From Bacteroidota bacterium (GTDB lineage: Bacteria; Bacteroidota; Bacteroidia; Bacteroidales; UBA12481), in NCBI GenBank assembly GCA_030592205.1, contig JAUVKA010000001.1, positions 1-31,546 on the forward strand: a DNA stretch of 31,546 nt, read 5' to 3'. Below are positions 28,110 to 31,546 of this stretch, piece by piece. A program made the position numbers and the translations under genes. Each line of letters starts with the position of its first letter. Within the stretch, counting starts at the first letter, position 1. The notes under the pieces are model-generated. The model ran no database searches and was not told the DNA's origin. It saw nothing but the letters and a program-made list of their open reading frames with translations.

Positions 28110-28449
28110 GGATATTGGATTTTTTGAAAAAGTTTATCAAGTGGTTCGCTTGATCCCAAGGGGCCGGGTTACAAGCTATGGTGCCATTGCAAGGAGTATT
28201 GGATCACCGGGTGCCGGAAGGATGGTCGGCTGGGCATTAAATAAGTCATTTTCCGATAAGGGATTCATTCCTGCTCATCGGGTTGTAAACCGAAATGGCA
28301 GATTAACTGGAAAAATCCATTTTGGAGGTAAAGAAATTATGAGGGAATTGTTGATTTCTGAAGGTATCCGGATAGTGGATGACCAGGTTGTTGATTTTTC
28401 AAGTCTATTCTGGGATCCACTGAAGAATATTGAAGAATTTCCCATATAG
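28102..28449 (+). CDS. Alkyltransferase-like protein (MGMT fold, PAHRV in place of PCHRV)
   Basis: FFEKVYQVVRLIPRGRVTSYGAIA...ARMVGWAL-like segment and IPAHRVVNRNG.L...GI. Confidence 0.85.
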   Translation: MSEDIGFFEKVYQVVRLIPRGRVTSYGAIARSIGSPGAGRMVGWALNKSFSDKGFIPAHRVVNRNGRLTGKIHFGGKEIMRELLISEGIRIVDDQVVDFSSLFWDPLKNIEEFPI

Positions 28450-28465
28450 ACTTCCATGATTTTTT

Positions 28466-28473
28466 TATCTTTG
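28466..28473 (+). promoter_or_regulatory. Bacteroidota -7 element TATCTTTG for mrp-nfu
   Basis: Exact match 37 bp upstream of the ATG at 28511, followed by an AT-rich leader. Confidence 0.65.
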
Positions 28474-28510
28474 CATCCTTAATTTAAATTAAATAAAAAT
28501 AAGGATTGTT

Positions 28511-29611
28511 ATGCCAATTTCAAAAGATAATGTTTTAGATGCTTTGGGGCATGTAATTCACCCTGAGCATGAGAATGATATAGTAAGTCTGGGAATGGTT
28601 AAGGATTTGGTAATCGATGGCAAGAAGGTGAAGTTTGCTTTAAAATTTAAAAAGTCTAATGATCCCTTTGCTGCTACCTTACGTAGAGCATGTGTAAGTG
28701 CATTGAAAACCAATGTTGATAAGGATATCGAAATTGAAGGTAATATTAATATCAAGGAAGAGAAGCCTCCTGTTCCCGAAAAGCCATTATCCAGGGTTAG
28801 TAATATAATTGCTGTAGCCTCAGGAAAAGGAGGGGTGGGGAAATCAACCGTTGCCGTTAATTTAGCTGTAGCACTTGCCAAAGACGGATTCCGGGTTGGC
28901 TTATTGGATGCTGATGTATATGGGCCCTCTGTTCCAAAAATGTTTGATGTAGAAGGTATTCGTCCGTCTTTTGAAAAAGTTGATGGTAAGGACAGGATCA
29001 TTCCTGTTGAAAAATATGGAGTAAAAATTCTGTCAATGGGATTTTTTGTAGATCAGAAAGATGCTCTGGTGTGGAGGGGTCCAATGGCAACAAGTGCCCT
29101 GAAACAGTTAATTTCAGATGGAAACTGGGGTGAATTGGATTATCTTATCCTGGATCTTCCTCCGGGAACAGGAGATATTCACCTTACAATGGTTCAAACG
29201 GTATCAGTTACTGGTGCCATAATTGTTTCCACCCCGCAAGCTGTTGCCCTGGCGGATGTAGTTAAGGGGATCAGCATGTTTACCGGAGAACAGGTTGATG
29301 TTCCCGTACTTGGCCTGGTGGAAAATATGGCTTGGTTTACACCTGCCGAATTGCCAGATAATAAGTATTACATTTTTGGCAAGGAGGGCTGTAAAAAGTT
29401 GGCTGAGGAGGTAAATTTGCCCTTATTAGGTCAAATTCCCCTGGTCCAATCCATTCGAGAAGGAGGTGATGTTGGAGAGCCGGTAGCCATAGATGAAACT
29501 AATCCTGCATATCAGGCATTCAATTCTCTGGCTAAAGAAATCGTGAAAGCCGTTGATTATCGAAATAAAAGCAAAGCGCCAACAAAAATTGTAGAAATAA
29601 CGAAGCATTAA
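28511..29611 (+). CDS. mrp: Mrp/NBP35/ApbC-family P-loop ATPase with N-terminal MIP18/DUF59-like domain
   Basis: IAVASGKGGVGKSTV, LLDADVYGPS, WRGPM, DLPPGTGD, STPQ and GLVENM. Confidence 0.92.
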   Translation: MPISKDNVLDALGHVIHPEHENDIVSLGMVKDLVIDGKKVKFALKFKKSNDPFAATLRRACVSALKTNVDKDIEIEGNINIKEEKPPVPEKPLSRVSNIIAVASGKGGVGKSTVAVNLAVALAKDGFRVGLLDADVYGPSVPKMFDVEGIRPSFEKVDGKDRIIPVEKYGVKILSMGFFVDQKDALVWRGPMATSALKQLISDGNWGELDYLILDLPPGTGDIHLTMVQTVSVTGAIIVSTPQAVALADVVKGISMFTGEQVDVPVLGLVENMAWFTPAELPDNKYYIFGKEGCKKLAEEVNLPLLGQIPLVQSIREGGDVGEPVAIDETNPAYQAFNSLAKEIVKAVDYRNKSKAPTKIVEITKH

Positions 29612-29628
29612 TATAAAATTTTGATTCA

Positions 29629-29865
29629 ATGATAAATCCTGAAATAGAAGAAAAAATCAAAACAGTTCTTGAACAATTACGTCCTTATCTTCAGGCTGAT
29701 GGTGGAGATTTAAGCCTGGTGGAGATTACTGATGATTATGTGGTAAGGGTTAGACTTGAAGGTGCATGTGGTTCATGTCCGATGAGTACAATGACTTTAA
29801 AAGCAGGCATTGAAGGAACTCTCAAGAAAGAGGTTCCCGAGGTGCAATTGGTTGAGTCAGTCTAA
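29629..29865 (+). CDS. Stand-alone NifU/Nfu C-terminal domain Fe-S carrier
   Basis: LRPYLQADGGD...V.LEGACGSCPMS.MTLK.GIE. Confidence 0.9.
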   Translation: MINPEIEEKIKTVLEQLRPYLQADGGDLSLVEITDDYVVRVRLEGACGSCPMSTMTLKAGIEGTLKKEVPEVQLVESV

Positions 29866-31199
29866 AGTTCACCGGTTTTGATCATATTGTAGATTTTCGA
29901 CTTGCCTATTTCCAGTTTTTTTGCAACAAGTACAACATTGTTGTTGTATTTTTCCAGGAAATGACGGATAATTTTAATTTCGAATTCCCGCAGAGGAATA
30001 TCCATGTTAAAAATATCCAAACCGGCATGAGTTGGCGAAAACAGAATATGTTCTTCTTCAATTAGCTGTTCGTTTGATAAAACTGCGGCAAGCTCAACAA
30101 TTGCGTTTAGTTCCCTGACATTCCCCGGATAATTATGTGACATCAATTTACTTCTTGCAGCCGGGCTGAATTCTCTCAGTTGGATGTTGTTTTCCCTGCA
30201 AAAAACAGTTAAGAAATGATTAGCTAAAAGGATCACATCGTTTTCTCTGTCGGATAAAGGTGGAATAACAATAGGTAAACCCAAGAGTCGGTAGTACAGA
30301 TCCTCCCTGAAACTGCCATTTCGTACTTCTTCGGGCAGGTCTTTACTGGTAGCCGTGATAATCCGGGTATCTACGGGTATTGACTTTGTGCTCCCTGCCC
30401 GTGTAATTTTTTTATCCTGAATTGCTTTAAACAACTTGAATTGCAGGTTGATATCCAGTTCAGCGATTTCATTAATAAAGAGGGTTCCCTTGTGTGCCTG
30501 TTCAAGTTTTCCAATAGCTCGGGCATAGGCTCCGGCAAAAGCTCCTTTCTCATGGCCGAATAATTCACTTTCGATCATTTCTTTCGGAACTGCCCCCATA
30601 TTAACAGTTATAAAGGCTTGTTCTTTGCGCACCGAATTGAAATGGATTGTTCTGGCGATAAGTTCCTTGCCCGTTCCACTTTCCCCATGGAGAGAAACAG
30701 TCATATTTTGAACAATAATAGCTTTCTCCACAAGGGCAAGAACCTTTTTAATGACTTTGCTTTCACCAATAATAGCATTTGAAACTTCGTACTTTTTGGT
30801 GATGTGAGATTTCAGCTGGTTAATCTCATAGTGCAGGCTTTGCAGAGTATGAATGTTCTGAATAACCTTATGAAGCCTTTTTTCCAGGTCTTCACCAATA
30901 GTAAAGGAATCATATACTCCCAGTTCCATTAAGCTGCTTGCCGGGAGAGCTTCTTCTTTCCCGCAAACGATTAGCACCTGTATATCAGGATTATAACTAT
31001 TAATTTTTGAAATAATTTCCTGGCTGCTCATATCGGATAATGAACAATCCAGGATTACTATGTCAGGGTTTTCATTTAATGTAATAAGAAAGGAGCCAGC
31101 CTCATTAAAAGTCTGAATTTCATATTCAGTATTTTCAAGCAGGAGACTTCCAATTGAATCACGTAAATGCAAATCATTCTCAACCACAAATATTTTCAT
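29862..31199 (-). CDS. NtrC-like response regulator (REC-AAA+-Fis HTH) with degenerate sigma-54 activation motifs
   Basis: GESGTGKE, ESELFGHEKGAFAGA, TLFINEI, FREDLYYRL, PGNVREL and C-terminal HTH AKKLEIGKSKIY. Start at the ATG at 31199 (MKIFVVEND). Confidence 0.88.
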   Translation of the reverse strand: MKIFVVENDLHLRDSIGSLLLENTEYEIQTFNEAGSFLITLNENPDIVILDCSLSDMSSQEIISKINSYNPDIQVLIVCGKEEALPASSLMELGVYDSFTIGEDLEKRLHKVIQNIHTLQSLHYEINQLKSHITKKYEVSNAIIGESKVIKKVLALVEKAIIVQNMTVSLHGESGTGKELIARTIHFNSVRKEQAFITVNMGAVPKEMIESELFGHEKGAFAGAYARAIGKLEQAHKGTLFINEIAELDINLQFKLFKAIQDKKITRAGSTKSIPVDTRIITATSKDLPEEVRNGSFREDLYYRLLGLPIVIPPLSDRENDVILLANHFLTVFCRENNIQLREFSPAARSKLMSHNYPGNVRELNAIVELAAVLSNEQLIEEEHILFSPTHAGLDIFNMDIPLREFEIKIIRHFLEKYNNNVVLVAKKLEIGKSKIYNMIKTGEL

Positions 31200-31350
31200 A
31201 GGAAAATGAGTCTTATAATTTCGCAAATAAAGTAAATCAAACTAATGTAATAATTATTCGTAAACTTTACAGAATTATGAAAGGAATTTTGATTTGGACG
31301 ATTGATCCAGGATAATATTGAAAACCATGTGTTTTTTAGCTTGAATAAAA

Positions 31351-31358
31351 TAATTTTG
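31351..31358 (+). promoter_or_regulatory. Bacteroidota -7 element TAATTTTG for porW/sprE
   Basis: Exact match 38 bp upstream of the GTG at 31397. Confidence 0.55.
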
Positions 31359-31396
31359 CAAGCAATGAGTTAGTATAAAGGCCAATAGATATAAAT

Positions 31397-31546
31397 GTGA
31401 ATAGAGCTTTCAGATATTGTGTGTGTTTTGTCATTACGGGACTGATAATCAGTAGTTGTTCTACCAAGAAGAACACTTTGGTGACCCGTAATTATCATAA
31501 TGTGACCTCCCATTACAATATTTATTTTAATGCTTACGAATCCTAC
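31397..31546 (+). CDS. porW: T9SS lipoprotein PorW/SprE, N-terminus only (truncated by the window edge); absent from the ORF track
   Basis: Manual translation from the GTG: MNRAFRYCVCFVITGLIISSCSTKKNTLVTRNYHNVTSHYNIYFNAYESY. Lipobox SSC plus the CSTKKNT..R.YH..T..YNIYFN signature as I recall it for PorW/SprE. Confidence 0.8.
   Translation, partial: MNRAFRYCVCFVITGLIISSCSTKKNTLVTRNYHNVTSHYNIYFNAYESY

Noticed and set aside
451-30568. The many 60-150 aa ORFs overlapping or antisense to the main genes (e.g. 451-717, 3273-3530, 6408-6788, 19445-19798, 28558-29001)
   Set aside because: They are shadow frames of well-supported genes, with no recognisable motifs.

Overview
Core-genome window (about 40% GC by eye) from a Bacteroidota bacterium, judged from TAnnTTTG promoters, T9SS genes and a KISTS-type MetRS. 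It is densely coding. I see no rRNA, tRNA, CRISPR array, phage or transposase. Contents in order: the T9SS motor operon (porP-porK/gldK-porL/gldL, running off the left edge); a motif-less arginase-fold gene; topA; PBP1A; radA; panD-panC; a half glycogen-synthase gene with a DUF4270-like lipoprotein; a four-gene nucleotide-sugar block (DegT, WbpD-like acetyltransferase, galE, rfbB); an HU-like/TM/SPOR protein; metG; yraN; a LuxE-like gene; pgk; holB-ricT-gldH-trmB-ATL; mrp-nfu; a degenerate sigma-54-type response regulator; and the start of porW/sprE at the right edge. The ORF track missed porL/gldL and porW/sprE. Three observations stand out. (1) metG is one reading frame broken by a single in-frame TGA at a conserved Gly codon; this is most likely a base error, but it is testable. 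(2) A 119-bp array of 17 heptamers in two sub-families fills the panD-radA spacer. (3) At least five proteins have lost their family's catalytic or ligand motifs. I cannot demonstrate a complete novel system from sequence alone. Family assignments come from motif recognition, not database searches.
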